DNA of 64,000 bases, from assembly GCF_009914755.1 (NCBI RefSeq), contig NC_060947.1; one strand, written 5' to 3'. Origin of the DNA: the human T2T-CHM13v2.0 reference genome, Homo sapiens. This document shows positions 41,740 through 56,514 of the stretch, one piece after another. Both the position numbers and the translations under genes were made by a program. The notes beneath the pieces were generated by a model that had not been told where the DNA came from, ran no database searches, and saw only the letters and a program-made list of their open reading frames with translations. Every line of letters begins with the position of its first letter. Position 1 is the stretch's first letter.

Positions 41740-43795
41740 ACAGCATGGTACTGGTACAAAAACAGGCACATAAACCAATGGAACAGAATAGAAACTCCAG
41801 AAGTAAGGCCGCACACTTATGGCCATCTGATCTTCGGCAAAGCAGATAAAAGCAAGCAATGGGGAAAAGGCTCCCTATTCAATAAATGGTGCTGGGATAA
41901 CCGACTAGCCAGTTATGCAGAAGATTGAAACTGGACTCCTTCCTTATACCATATACAAAAATCAACTCAAGGCGAATTAAAGATTCATATTTAAAACCTA
42001 AAACCATAGAAACCCTGGAAGATAACCTAAGAAATACCACTTTGGATATAGACCCCGGCAAAGATTTCATGTCAAAGATGCCAAAAGCAATTGCAACAAA
42101 AATAAAAATGGACAGATGGGACCTAATTAAACTGAAGAGCTTATGCACAGCAAAAGAAGCTATTAACAGAGTAAACAGACAACTTACAGAATGTGAGAAA
42201 ATATTTGCAAACTATGCATCTGACAATGTCTAATATCCAGCATCTATAAGGAACTTAAACAAACTTAGAAAAACAAACAATGTCATAAAAAAATGAGCAA
42301 AGGACATGAACAGACACTGTTCTGAAGAAGACATACATGCAGCCAACAAGCATATTAAAAAAAACTCAACATCCCTGATCATTAGAAAAATGCAAATGAA
42401 AACCACAATGAGACACTGTCTCACAGATGTGGAGAAATAGGAATGCTTTTACACTGTTGGTGGGAGTGTAAACTAGTTCAACCATTGTGGAAGACAGTGT
42501 GGCGATTCCTCAAGGATCTAGAACTAGAAATACCATTTGACCCAGCCATCCCGTTACTGGTTATACACCCAGAGGATTATAAATCATGCTACTATAAAGA
42601 CACATGCACACGTATATTTATTGCAGCACTATTCACAATATCAAAGACTTAGAACCAACCCAAATGTCCATCAATGATAGACTGGATTAAGAAAATGTGG
42701 CACATAAACACCATGGAATAGTATGCAGCCATAAAAAAGGATGAGTTTACGTCCTTTGTAGGGACATGGATGCAGCTGGAAACCATCATTCTGAGCAAAC
42801 TATCACAAGGACAGAAAACCAAACACTGCATGTTCTCACTCATAGGTGGGAATTGTCCAATGAACACTTGGACACAGGGCAGGGAATATCACACATGGGG
42901 GCCTGTTGTGGGGTAGCAGGCAGGGGGAGGGATAGCATTAGGGGAAATACCTAATGTAAATGACGAGTTAATGGGTGCAGCAAACCAACATGGCACATGT
43001 ATACATATGTAACAAACCTGCACGTTGTGCACATGTACCCTAGAACTTAAAGTATATATTAAAAAAAAATGAAGATACTATCTCACACCAGTCAGAATGG
43101 CTATTATTAAAAAGTAAAAAAATAACAGATGCTGGTGAGGTTGTGGAGACAAGTGAACACTCACACATTGTTGTTTGGGAGTATAAATTGGTTCAGCCAT
43201 TGTGGAAATCAGTATGGTGATTCCTCAAAGAGCTAAAAACAGAGCTACCATTCAACCCAGCAATCCCATTACTAGGTATATACCCAGAGAAATATAAATC
43301 ATTCTATCATAAAGACAAATGCCTGCAAATGTTTATTGCAGCACTATTCACAACAGCAAAAACATGGAATCAACCTAAATGACCATCAGTGACAGATAGG
43401 ATAAAGAAAATGTGGTACATATACGCCATGGAATACTATGCAGCCATGAAAAAGAATGAGATCATGTCTTTTGTGGAAACATGGGTGGAGCTGGAGGCTA
43501 TTATCCTTAGCAAACTAATGGAGGAACAGAAGACCAAATACCAAATGTTCTCACTTATAACTAACTGGGAACTAAATGATGAGAACTCATGGACACATAG
43601 AAGGGACAACAGACACTGTGGCCTACTGGAAGGTGGAGGGTAGCAGGAGAGAGAGGAGCAGAAAAAACAACTATTGTGTAGCAGGCTTTGTACCTGGGTG
43701 ATAAAATAATCTGTAAAACCCCTGTGACATGAGTTTACTTATATAACAAACCTGTACATGTGCCCCTGAGCCTAAAATAAAAGTTAAAAAAAAAT
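41740..43795 (+). mobile_element. L1PA15/16-like 3' portion hosting a nested L1
   Basis: ORF2 remnants [18 protein letters not shown] and [14 protein letters not shown]; own 3' UTR and poly-A at about 43560-43795. Confidence 0.93.
42426..43068 (+). mobile_element. Younger L1PA (PA5-7-like) 3' end nested in the older L1
   Basis: [23 protein letters not shown]; 3' UTR ...ccctagaacttaaagtat and A-tail; diverged TSD ending tctcaca on both sides. Confidence 0.92.
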
Positions 43796-44089
43796 ACAAA
43801 TAAAGAAGAAAGAGACTATCTTAATAGCAAATGTCCAGGAGAATGGGTTCTTTTGGCTCTCAAAACTCTGACTTTTGCCAGCTGACCCATTGAATTGCTG
43901 ATGGAAGATGCAATTGTTGGCCACTATGGGTGACTGCATCCTTGGGGTAGGAAAAGGAAAAGCAGTCCTTAAGGGGTAGAGGACAGCTGGAACTGTAAGG
44001 ATGGTGCAGGCACCTTGGGAAAGAAGGACAAATCACTAGGAATAATCAGGCAGCAATGACTGAGGATTTGTTTCCATTGTGTGATTGTA

Positions 44090-44520
44090 TTGATATTTGA
44101 AAATAAGAAGGTATTTATTTTACACGCTGTGGTAATTAAGCAAACAAAAACCTATACGACCAAAAAGTGAAGATTGATACATGCGTTCATTGAGAGCAGG
44201 GAAAATTACACTCGCGGAGGAAAAGATTCCATATGTTCTCCAATACCTAGGCACAACTGGGTGCCGCCTTAATGACTTTCCAAATGCACCCCGTTGCTCT
44301 TAGGTATTGAAGAACATATGGCACGTTTCCCCTTTAACTGTGAATTTCCTTGCTTTTGTCAGTTGGTGTCTCAAGCTTAATGTATTTTAATGCAGCTTTT
44401 GTGGGTGTGAATACAGTCCGAAGTTGTTATTAGAGAGGCCATGTTAATAGTATACGCAGATGTTATCTCTTAGTCTTCCCCAAATATGCTGCGAAAATCT
44501 AAATATACAGGTCTAACTTT
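44090..44520. promoter_or_regulatory. Candidate enhancer / conserved non-coding element
   Basis: Repeat-free; 11 CpGs in 44101-44500; six E-boxes in 44230-44462. Confidence 0.4.
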
Positions 44521-46949
44521 GAAATTGTTAATAAAGGCCCTCAAGAGTTTCCAAATCATTCTTCTGAGCTCCAAACTTAGCATGGATGATAAATGACCAT
44601 TTAGTTGCCAATATAGCACAATATTTCAATTTCCTGCCTTCCCAAAGGTATTTGAAAGGTTGTATGAAGTTCATACTCACAGTATGTGTTGTCTACAATG
44701 CTGTGATCTCCGACTGGCTAACTTTAACCAAAACCTTTTCAATTAACTCAACACATTCCTGGATAAAACCAGCCCACTCTAGGCTCTGTGCAAATATGTC
44801 TTTATTGATTTTCTTGGCAAAGACTCCCTAAATTATGGTGAAATCTGTTCTTTCAGGTGATGTGGAAAAGGGAACATTGGCAGTGTAAGGCAAACGCTAA
44901 ATGAACAGAAGGATGATCAACATTTTGTATCCAAAAATACAGATTTAACTGTCTTGTGTTTTTTGTACAAGCAGCCTCTGAGAATGTTAATGAATCTCTA
45001 AAGGAAAGGAAAAACAAATCCTCATTCATAGTCCTGCCACCCCCCGCAAATCAAATTGTTTTCATTTTTTCCTCATCCCCTTCTAGTCCTTGTCAATATG
45101 CATACATAATTTTTACATAATTACACTTCCAGTGTAGAAGCAATTTTGTAATCTGCTTTTTTTTTCTATTTAAAATTATAGCATAGGGTTCTAAGGAAAG
45201 CTATATAGCACATTCTTGTGGACAAATAGAGCAGAGCCCAGAGCAGAAAACTGAAACTCATATACTGAGGTTTGCTGGGCAAATAAAGCCCAGCATTTCA
45301 AAGTATAGAAAGGTCCCTGAGTAGACTAGGTTGGCTCATTGTTTGCTTTTGAATCCTCATTGTAAGCGGGGGAGCCAAAAGAGGGCTGCATAAGATTGTC
45401 CCATTATTCTGAGAGCCAGGCTGCCCAGAGGAAGGAGCCCAGTGCAGGCCAGTCGACAACTCCATTGGGGGCTTAATATCATCCAAATAAAAGGAAACAA
45501 GGCTGATTTCTGGTGATCCACCAGAAGGCTGACTACAGAACGAGCATTTTTGGAGTGTGTCACTTACAGTTCCTGTATATTGACTGAGGACCTTAAGCTC
45601 ACTGCATTGAGGCTAAGGCTGTGCGGCTAAGGCTTATTTCAGGCGTACTGAATATCAACAAACACACTGACTTGTGTTGCAGATGGAAATTATGATCAAA
45701 AAGTGATTGGAGTGATAGAATTCCTAAGTAAAGATTTATACACACAGCTAAACCTAGTTAGTGGACGTAACACTTTTAAAAAAGGACATAGATATACAAG
45801 TTTAAAAAAATCGTGTGTTTCAGTTAAAACTCAAGCTTTGCTTAATATTTATTGGTTGGCTAAGTCAAGCAATAGTTCACCTGAGGCAGAGGAAGAAATT
45901 TCTAATGTTTTCATAGAATTGGCAATATGAGAGGAATAATTAGAATACAAGTTTGAGGGTTCTTTCTGCAAGTCCACATCACTGAACCAATTCTCTCTAT
46001 TCTCATTGCAAGATTTAGCATCAAGTAATCCCTTCTGGATAATAACACATCCCGTCAGCTAACTATGATGTTAGCCAGAATGTAGATGGCAGCTGTTGGG
46101 CTATGATTATTACCAGGGCTATGATTATTACCAATGTCTGGAATATCAGATTTGGTAGTCATTGCTTAAAGAAATGTAGCCTGTATACTATTTTTTCCAA
46201 TTTTGATTAAAAGTCTAACTTACTCATTCCAGATTTATATGCAAAAGCTAGCTGACAAGACTGTTGTTTGTGAAGTCATGACAGACTGAAATGTACATAA
46301 GAATTTAGTGAAACTTTCAAACAAGATGGAATAACCCTATCTGGGACATAATATTGCAGAGGTTCTTAAACTCCTCCTCTCCAAGTGTCCCTAACAACAG
46401 AGGAGTGTGAACACTCCAGGGGCTCTGAAGCTGTTAAAAGCTTGAAATTTCTTTTGAAGATTCTGTTTTACCTTAAAACATCACGGGTCTTTGCATACTA
46501 CTTCATGATATGTTCATGTTTGTTTTGATTTTTAAAAATATTTTACACTGTCACACAAATTATATAACTTTTCCTTCCCAATCTTTAAGGAAAATAAATG
46601 TTCCAGGAAGATGTATTATATTTATTCTACGGCTCAAACTGGTTGCGTGTATCTGTTGAAAAGCATAACAGAGCTATTTTAAGATCTTATTTTCCAACTA
46701 TTAAAAGTCACTTTAGAATTTATTAAATACCAGGGAGCAATTGCCTGAAGCATTTTACCACTGAACTTCAGTCTGCCAGATTACTAATATGAGATAATAC
46801 ATGAGAAAATTATTTCAAACAGTCCTTGGTGCTGTATTTGTGTTAGGTTCTAGCATTTGTTGATTTCTTCTTCCTCTCTCTGGAGCTGTGTACTTCAATT
46901 TTCCCCATTTAATGCATTTGCTTCTGTGAAGTTTTCATGTTAGGGTTTT

Positions 46950-47130
46950 AAAATGCACTTTGAAGTGAAACAGGCATCCATTCAGATCACACCTCTGCCG
47001 TTTCATAGCCTTGTCACTTACCTTCTCAAGTGGGAATCATAGTATCCATTTTTGAGGGTTGTTGTGAGGATTAAATGAGGCAATGTATTTAAAGAGCATA
47101 GTATGTAGAAGGGGTCCCAATAATGCTAGT
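46950..47130 (+). mobile_element. MIR SINE
   Basis: agggttgttgtgaggattaaatgag. Confidence 0.75.
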
Positions 47131-48240
47131 TCCCCTTCCTATGTACCTCTTTGTCTTATAGTACATATGAGCTGGATTTACTAACAACTCTTGCTCCTGA
47201 TCTCTGTGAGTTGTTGTAGTTGGGTAGGGAAAAATACTCTAGGTATCTTCTGCTAGCATTTTCATTGCTCTCCTGTCTCAATGAGTGGTGTAGGATACTT
47301 TGTCATTTGACAGCAACTGAGATATCTGCACCTTTTTCATTCAAAAAGCAAAAGCAATCTAGGTAACAGATGTATCTTCCTAACCACATGCTGTGCCATT
47401 TTGAAATTCTCAAGATTCTAGGATTTTCTTTGGTTGATGAATTTTTTATATTAGAATATTAAATGTTTCTTATCTGATCAGATTTTGATAATTTCTTCAG
47501 AAAATGTAGATTATTTGCTTGAGATGGATTTAAAGGTTTGATTTGCAGTCCAAAATACTTGAATCACATAATAACATCAAACACTGACATTGTTCTAGAC
47601 ACTGTTCGAAATTTCCTATGAGGCAGATGGTCTTATGTGTATGTATATGTGCACCTATGTATGCTCACACATACTATCTTTTGAACTATCTATCTTTCTG
47701 TGTATCCATTTGCAGTAATATCCTAGGTAAATGGTCTCTTTGTTCTCTCTTTTTCTTAGTGTAACATCTGGTGTCACGTTGTCAGTGTTCAAATCCCAGC
47801 TCCATTATTACTTAGCTTCACCTCAATTTTTCTCACTTATAAAATGTGGACAATAATAATGCCTACTTTAGCCAGCCAGGTTTCTTGGTTGCAAGCAACA
47901 GCAACCAACTACAGTTAGCATGTTCAAAGCAGAAATTTCTTGGAAAGATATTAGGAAGACTGGCAAAACAGGTTTCAAAAATGGCACAAAACAAAGGAAC
48001 CTGCAAGGGCCAGGTTAGGTACTAGACTCTGGAGGCTATTTTTGGTACCACGACAACTCATCACTCTGATCACTTGATGTTCCTACTGCTAAAAGGCATC
48101 ACTCATTTCAGATGCCAAGTTCTCTATGGGATTATTCAATTGGCCAACTTTAGGGCACTAGCTCATGATCACTATAGTAGCAAGATCTGGCTTTTGTAGT
48201 GGGAGGTAGGACCCTGCCTTCCATAAAGATTCACATGGTG

Positions 48241-48597
<357 letters not shown>

Positions 48598-48750
48598 TCA
48601 GGTACTTGACTACCATAAAGCAAGTCAAAACAAAATGAAACAAACAAACATCACTGGAAAAAAGTCTACAATCCATCTCATAGGGTTGTTGTACAGATGA
48701 AATGAGGGGCACATAGTTAAGAACCCTTTAAATTTTACCTATTATGATTA

Positions 48751-49223
48751 TGTAGGGGAGAAAAAACATCTTTTCCCTTCTACCTTTAAGTTCTCAGCTG
48801 GGGCACCTGTAACAAAAGACAGATTAACAAGAGAAAAGCATACAAACTTATTTAATATCATGGCAAGGTAGCCTTCATAAAGAAATGAAAACACCAAGAA
48901 ATGGTTAAACCTGAGCATGTTTATGAGGAGTGAAAAACTGGGAAAATTTGATGGAACAAACCGGTATGAGCCTGTAAACTGGGGAAAACTTAGCAAGGCC
49001 TATTCATTCAGATTCCTCTCCATATCCCTCTGCCTTGGGAAATAAGGGTGTTCCTTTTGCCTGGGTATAGGGAGGGCACCTCTCACATAAGGGTCTTTTG
49101 ACCAGCTTCAGGGAAAGATCAGAGAGTCATAAGTGCACCTGCCATTGCTCAAATACCTTCAGCTTAAAATATTCAATATGCCAAGTTGCCATATTTGGGG
49201 GTAGAGTGTCCTGAGCCCTATCA
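48751..49223 (-). mobile_element. MER34-family (ERV1) solo LTR
   Basis: Minus strand begins tgatagggctcaggacactctacc...aaatatggcaacttggcatattgaatattttaagctgaagg and ends ...cccctaca. Confidence 0.75.
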
Positions 49224-49583
49224 ATTTTTCTCATGTACTATTTTACAGTAGGTTGTCATATAGTACTCTCTTTTCACATGTGAGTTTCTGCCTTCTGGTT
49301 CAATGTTTTCCTGTGGTCATTTCTAATGTCCTTAAAACATTTTTATATTTGATCCTAATCTTACAAGTAAAAATAGTTCTAATAAGAAAATAATGATGTT
49401 ATATTTATATAGTTCAAAATTATTTGAATTTATAGCATCTCATTTAATCATCACAACAGCCATATGAGAAACACTGTAACAGCCCAATTGAGAAACACTG
49501 TAACAGCCCGCTGTAACACTGTAACTGTTACAATTGAGCCCAATTGTAACAGCCCAAAAACTGTAACTACTAACTGAGGAAGC

Positions 49584-49983
49584 TGTATTAGTCCATTCTA
49601 ATACTGCTATAAAGACATACCCGAGACTGGGTAATTTATAAAGAAAAGAGGTTTAATCAGCTGATGGTTCTGCAGGCTGTACAGGCTTTTGCTTCTGGGG
49701 AGGCCTTAGGAAACTTACAATTATGGTGGAAGGCGAAGGGGAAGCAAGCACATCTTCACATGGCTGGAGCACAAGGAAGAGAGAGCAAAGGGGAAGATGC
49801 CACAGACTTTTAAACAACGAGATCTCATGAGAACTCTATCATGAGACAGCACTAGGGGGATGGTGCAAAACCATTTGAAACCACCTCCATGATCCAATCA
49901 CCTCCCACCAGGCTTCACCTCCAACACCGGGGATTACAATTCAACAAGAGATATGGGTGGGGACACAGAGCCAAACCATATCA
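49584..49983 (-). mobile_element. MSTA/B solo LTR inserted in a MIR
   Basis: tgtattagtcc...ccaaaccatatca; TSD gaagc at 49579-49583 and 49984-49988. Confidence 0.93.
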
Positions 49984-50209
49984 GAAGCTGAGGCTCAGAG
50001 AAGTAATGTAAATTGCCTTAGGTCACAGCTTAGTGGTGGTGGATCCAGGATTCGAATGCATATCTTCTGATAGTCCAGTACGTTTGCCATGCTGTGCCCA
50101 TTCAGGGAAGAAGAGAACTTTCTCTTCATATCTGAGTCTTATCTTGACTTCCTATCCTTGGAGATGTTATAGCTATCTTTTCAAATGAGTTGTTGATAGT
50201 GTGGGTTGT

Positions 50210-50445
50210 CAACTGAGAGCACAGGGACAAACTTGAATTTTGTCTCTATAACTTCCTGGCTGTGAAACTGCGAGCAATTAACTAAACCTCTTTGAACCTC
50301 TTTCCTTATCTGTAGAATAGGAATGCTGTTACCTTACTTATAGGGTTATAGTTAAGGTGAAATTAGACAACGGATGAAAAGTGCATAGCATAGTGCTTGG
50401 CCCACAGTAAATTCTCATTATTTCGGTATTATTATTATTATTACT
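50210..50445 (+). mobile_element. MIR SINE
   Basis: aacctctttgaacctc...catagggttatag...atagtgcttggcccacagtaa. Confidence 0.75.
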
Positions 50446-50894
50446 GGATGAGTGTAGAAAGGAAAAGAAGAGTAGTAGAAGCAACAACGTGTCAACTGCC
50501 ATAATTATCTCGGTAATCCAGGCATCACCCCCCCACCTTTGTTTGAATTAACCATATATGTCCATATGTGTGGTCTCTCTGCTTAGCTAACTCTTGAGAG
50601 TCTTTGGAGCCTGGCCTAAGTTCCATTTCCTCTGAGGACTTCTCCAACTGCTCAATCAATCTCTCCCTTCTCTGGATGCCTATAGATCAACATTGTTAGT
50701 ACCACGTAACTATGCTTTTCTAAAATCTTTTGTATGGTTATCAGTTAGACTGTAAACTTCTTGAGGATTGTGATTAGTTTCCCACAATGACTAGCACAGG
50801 GCCATGAAAGCACATAATAGTGGCTTAATTAATGTTTGTAGATTAATTTCCCTGGATAATTCATAGGAAAGGCCAATAAAAATTGCTGAGTAAC

Positions 50895-51945
50895 ACCCAA
50901 CAATAAGAAAACAAACAACTATACCAAAAAAATGTTCAAGAACATTAACAGATGCCTCATGAAAGATGATATACAAATGGCAAATAAGTATATGCAAAGA
51001 TGTTTTATATCATGTCATCAGGGAAATGCAAATTAAAACAACTATGAGATACCTGCACACTTATTAGAATGGTAAATCCAGAACACTAACAACACCAAAT
51101 GCTGGCAAGAATGTGGAGAAACAGAAACTCATTCATTGCTCGTGAGAATGGAAAATGGTACAGCCACTTTGGAAGTCAGTTTGGCAGTTTCTTACAAAAC
51201 TAAACATATTCTTAACATATGATCCAGTAATTGTGCATCTTGGTATTTACCTCATGGAGTTGAAAACTTATGTCCACGCAAAAACCTGGACATATATATT
51301 TATATTTATATCAGCTTTATTCATAATTCCCAAAATTTGGAAGCAACCAAGATATCCCTGTATAAGTGAATGTATAAACTGTGGTACATTTAGATGATAG
51401 GATATTATTGAGTGCTAAAAAAAAAAAAAAGAGTTATGGAACCATGAAAAGACGTGGAGGAATCCTAAATGTATAGTACTGAATGAAAGAAGCCCATCGG
51501 AAAAGGCTACATTCTGTAGGATTCCAACTGTGTGACATTGGGGAAAAGGCAAAACTGTGGAGACAGTAAAAAGATCAGTGTTTTTCAGGGGTTGGGGCAT
51601 AGGGGGAAAGGAATGAATAGGTGGAGTATAGAGGAGTTTTTAGGGCAGTGAAACTACTCTGTATGATATTACAGTGGTGGGTACATGTGATTATGCATTT
51701 GTCCAAACCCATAGAATATACAACACCAAAAGTGAACCCTAATGTAAACTATGAACTTTGGGTGGTAATGATATGTCAATGTAGGTTTATCAACTATAAC
51801 AAATAGACCACTATGGTGGGGGATATTGATGATGGGGGAGGCTGTGCATGTGTGGAGACAAGGGGTAAATGGTAAATCTCTGTACAGTCCATTCAATTAT
51901 GTTGTGAACCTAAAACTGCTCTAAAAAATAAATATATTTTAAAAA
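50895..51945 (+). mobile_element. L1MC-like 3' region
   Basis: ORF2 remnant MVQPLWKSVWQFLTKL; 3' UTR gtgaaccctaatgtaaactatg...gaacctaaaactgctctaaaaaataaa. Confidence 0.88.
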
Positions 51946-52457
51946 GGACAAAAAATATTTCTGTGCAACAATACCATATTTTGGCCTAACTATTTTCCAA
52001 AATCCCTTCGAAGTGTAATGTTATGATAATCATATTACCCCCTGTGAGGAAGGCATAGAGTGTTTTCAGTTACGATTTAATGACTGCAGAAACAGCGGGA
52101 AAGGGCTTTCTTGTTTTTGTTCCATTCTGCTGTGCTTCTGGTGGGTTTGTATTACCAACTTTCCATGCTAAAATTTCCCTAGGAATAGACCTGGTTCTAA
52201 CTAGGCAAACAGAGAAAGTTTGATCATATGGTCTTTAATTAGCATTATATGTAAAAGGGCAGGGCCTAGTGTTGAAGGAGTCGTGGAAGTGAAGGATCCA
52301 TAAGTACCTTCAGCAATAACTCTGAGCCTCAGTCTCCTTCGGTGTAATGGAGAAGATCTTTAAAAACATTTTCAGATTTGCTCTTCTGTGACTTGGGCAG
52401 TGTAATAGTTAGGATAATGCTAGCTGCTATAACAAATAGATCCCAAAAATTCAGTGC

Positions 52458-53109
<652 letters not shown>

Positions 53110-53469
53110 AGTGCCTTAACACAATAGAAGTTTATTTATTGGTTATGTAATGGTCCAATATAGGTATTCCCAGCCCGTGGTAATAATGATAGGGCTCTGC
53201 TTTATGTAGTCATTTTAGTGACCCTGGTTGCCCTTCAACATGGGGTATCCAAGGTTGTCCTAGGGGTCAGCATCTGGCAAACGGGAGGGGAAAGAGCATA
53301 TAAGATTGTGTTTTAAAGACCTGGAAGTGGTGCACATAACTTTTGTTCATTTTTTAGTAGCCAGACATGACTACAATTAATTACAAGGGAAATTTGGAAA
53401 TGTACTCTAGCTGGGTGCCCAAGAAAAAGAGGAGAACATGGATATTGATGAATTAGTCTCTGCCACACG

Positions 53470-53725
53470 TAATAATAACAATTATCATAAGTAACATTTT
53501 AGGACACTTATTCTGTGCCAGGTTCTGTGCAATGTGCATTTACATGCATTATCTTATTTAATCTTTGCAACCTTAATGAGGTGAGCACTGTTTTTGAGGT
53601 GAGCCTGATTTTTCAGATGAAGAAACTGAGATTCAAATAATCCAGCAAGTCAGCTCTAAAGCTGTGCTTTAAACCTGGGTCTACTTGACCTCAGAGTTGG
53701 ACCCCTTAACGTCTATACACTTATA
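53470..53725 (-). mobile_element. MIR SINE
   Basis: tacatgcattatcttatttaatc...cagatgaagaaactgag. Confidence 0.75.
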
Positions 53726-55051
53726 ACTGCCCGATATGATTGTTTAATGTTGGAATATATTCTATTGAGTTCCAGCCTAATGGAAACACAGATCATTTAG
53801 TAAAATGTTTTCTTTAGCTCTTTGAGTGTTTATATCATGTTATGGCTGGCCAATGTCCCAGTCATATTTTAGCTCTCCACAGGTGAGCTTTCAGAATATG
53901 TCCATAGATAAAATATACTGCCTCAATCAGATTCTTAGCCACAGTTTCTCTTGGAATGTTGTCCACACGTGGTATATGAAGTGTTTATGAATGTAGGGAA
54001 TGATGGTTGGAAATCTCAGGAGCTACTTCTCTGATGAGGTTTCCAGTTCCCTTTGAGTCATGTGGGACATTGATCTAACTGTACTCTTGTGGTACTGGGA
54101 GAGTTCTGCTTTGGGTCTTGGCCATCATCAGAAAGGCTGGGAAGTGAAGCATTCAGGGATGCAAATTAGCATGGATCTATGGCCAAGGCTATAAAGAATC
54201 CAGACTGCCTGAGGTCAGAAACCTTACACACTGAAAGCAACTGGCCTTTCAGGTGCATAGTTTGTGGGGGAGGAGAATGCACCTGGAGAAAGCGGAGACC
54301 TGGATATGGCAAACCCCATCCTCTGTGAAGGGTGGAGGTGGCAATCAGTCATACCAATTGAGGAGAGATGGTGGCCTGATTGAAGAAGTTTAAAAGCCTG
54401 CTATGAGGCTAACCAATGTTGAAGAAAAATATATAAACTACGAGTAATGGAATCTTTTGAGTGTTTGATTTTCAACCTGTTGTTTTGATATCTTGTAAAC
54501 ACACTGGTTTTCCTTACATATTTTTACTCATTCAGGCTTTAAATTCTGAGAAACACTACTCTTTCAATTAGGTCATGTGGCCCAGCCATAAGATGAAATT
54601 TAAGCTATTCCTCCACTCTCTGTCCCTGGCTACTTCCCTCTTAAGTTGGTTGTGATAACTGGAGGTAGGAATTTTTTGTTTGCCTTGTAAAGCAGGGAAA
54701 ACAAAGCAATGTTTAGCATACGTGTTCACGGTAGTTCCTCAACACAGGCAGCAGGGGCAGCAAGGGGCACAGCAAATTCTGGTGCCATGCAGATAGCTTC
54801 ATTTCAAAGGACTTCAGGCCTTTTGCTCTAACCATCTGCTAAGCAATGGTTTGCAATTAGTCAAAGGATATCTGCAAGAAAGCCTCGGGCACTGTACTAG
54901 GCTCTGAACACACAGAAACAAAATAGACATGGCTCTTGGCCTCAAGGAGCTCACAGTCTAGTGGGGGACAATACAGTGTGATAAAGGTTAGGCTAGAAGA
55001 AGGAAAGTGGGACAATAGTAGCAAAAGGGGTTGCCCTTAGGCATTGGAGAT

Positions 55052-55593
55052 TGTGATGCTTAATACTGAGTGTTAACTTGATTGGATTGAAGGATGCTGT
55101 TCCTGGGTGTGTCTGTGAGGGTGTCGCCAAAGGATATTACCATTTGAGTCAGTGGACTGGGAGAAGCAGACCCACCTTCAATCTGGGTGGACGCCATCTA
55201 ATCAGCTGCCAGCGTGGCTAAAATAAAGGCAGGCAGAGGAACACAGAAGGACTAGACTGGCTAAGTCTTCTGGCCTCCATCTTTCTCCTGTGCTGAATGC
55301 TTCCTGCCCTCGAACATCAGGCTCCAAGTGCTTCAGCTTTTGGACTCTTGGACTTACACCACGGATTTTCCAGGAGCTCTCGGGCATTCGGCCACAGACT
55401 GAAAGCTGCACTGTCCGCTTCCCTACTTTTGAGGTTTTGGGACCCAGACTGGCTTCCTGGCTGCTCAGCTTGCAGACGGCCTATTATGGGACTTCACCTT
55501 GTGAACATGTGAGTCAGTTCTCCTAATAAACTCCCTTTCATATATACACCTATCCTACTAGTTTTGTCTCTTTAGAGAACCCTGACTAATACA
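55052..55593 (+). mobile_element. MLT2A1/A2 (HERV-L) solo LTR
   Basis: tgtgatgcttaatactgagtgttaacttgattggattgaagg...gagaaccctgactaataca; TSD gagat / gagac. Confidence 0.92.
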
Positions 55594-56514
55594 GAGACCT
55601 AGGCTGTTAAAAGTATAACACTAAGGTGACCTATGGTAGCGAGTCTTATAGAGCCAAGCCTCTCCACTAATTCTCAAGCAAACTTCTAAAAACTGTATTT
55701 TGCACAGTTGGAAAATGAGTTTATTCCTCCTTTTCTTCACCAAGAAATGCTTTTCATCCCTTTTATAAATACTGGCTTGATACCTACCATGGGCCAGACA
55801 CTGTTCAAGGGCTATAAAGATCTGTGACATTAATAGGGATTGGACGTAGAGAACAGAGGGCTAAACAAATAATATGGCACATGGAATGCTAGAGATACGC
55901 ACAGGGGATTATGGGAGCACAGAAGAGAGGTGCCTAAATCTAGCCTGGGTATAGAGGAGGAAATGCTGGTGGTCTGCCAAGGTTTTGTGGAGATGTGAGA
56001 CTGAGCAGAATCTTCGGGAATAAGCAGGAATTAGCCAGGAGAGGTAAGAAAGGGCATAGCAGGGGGGTGGCACATGGCATCCCTGGTAGAGGCAATAGTG
56101 CAAGTATGAAGGTCAAATTTTAATATGATACAAAAATCACTATAACCATTCAATTTTGTTAAATGGATTTTCAATTAATATATGTTTCTGATAAATGTAT
56201 TATTATAAAGATAAAACAGCCTTTTGTGTCAAATTTGAGGATTACAGACATGCTCTAAGAGAAAAGTAAAAATTATTCTGATTGCCCTCACTGTGAGGGA
56301 ACCACCATTATTATTTTGCAAACTGTTTTCTTCCACATAAGTTATGGTAATTTTCTCAAATCATTAAATAATCTTTTAGGTCATGATTGTTTGTCTCTGC
56401 ATAGTATTCCATTGGATTTACTTAAGTGAGCCCCTATTGGCATTTGTTTACATTATTTACACTTGTACACAAATATAAATCCTGCTGTACCTAGTATCCT
56501 TTCATAGATATCAT

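Noticed and set aside
49465-49575. Short repeats superficially like a CRISPR array
   Set aside because: No regular unique spacers, mixed orientation, no cas genes, primate context.
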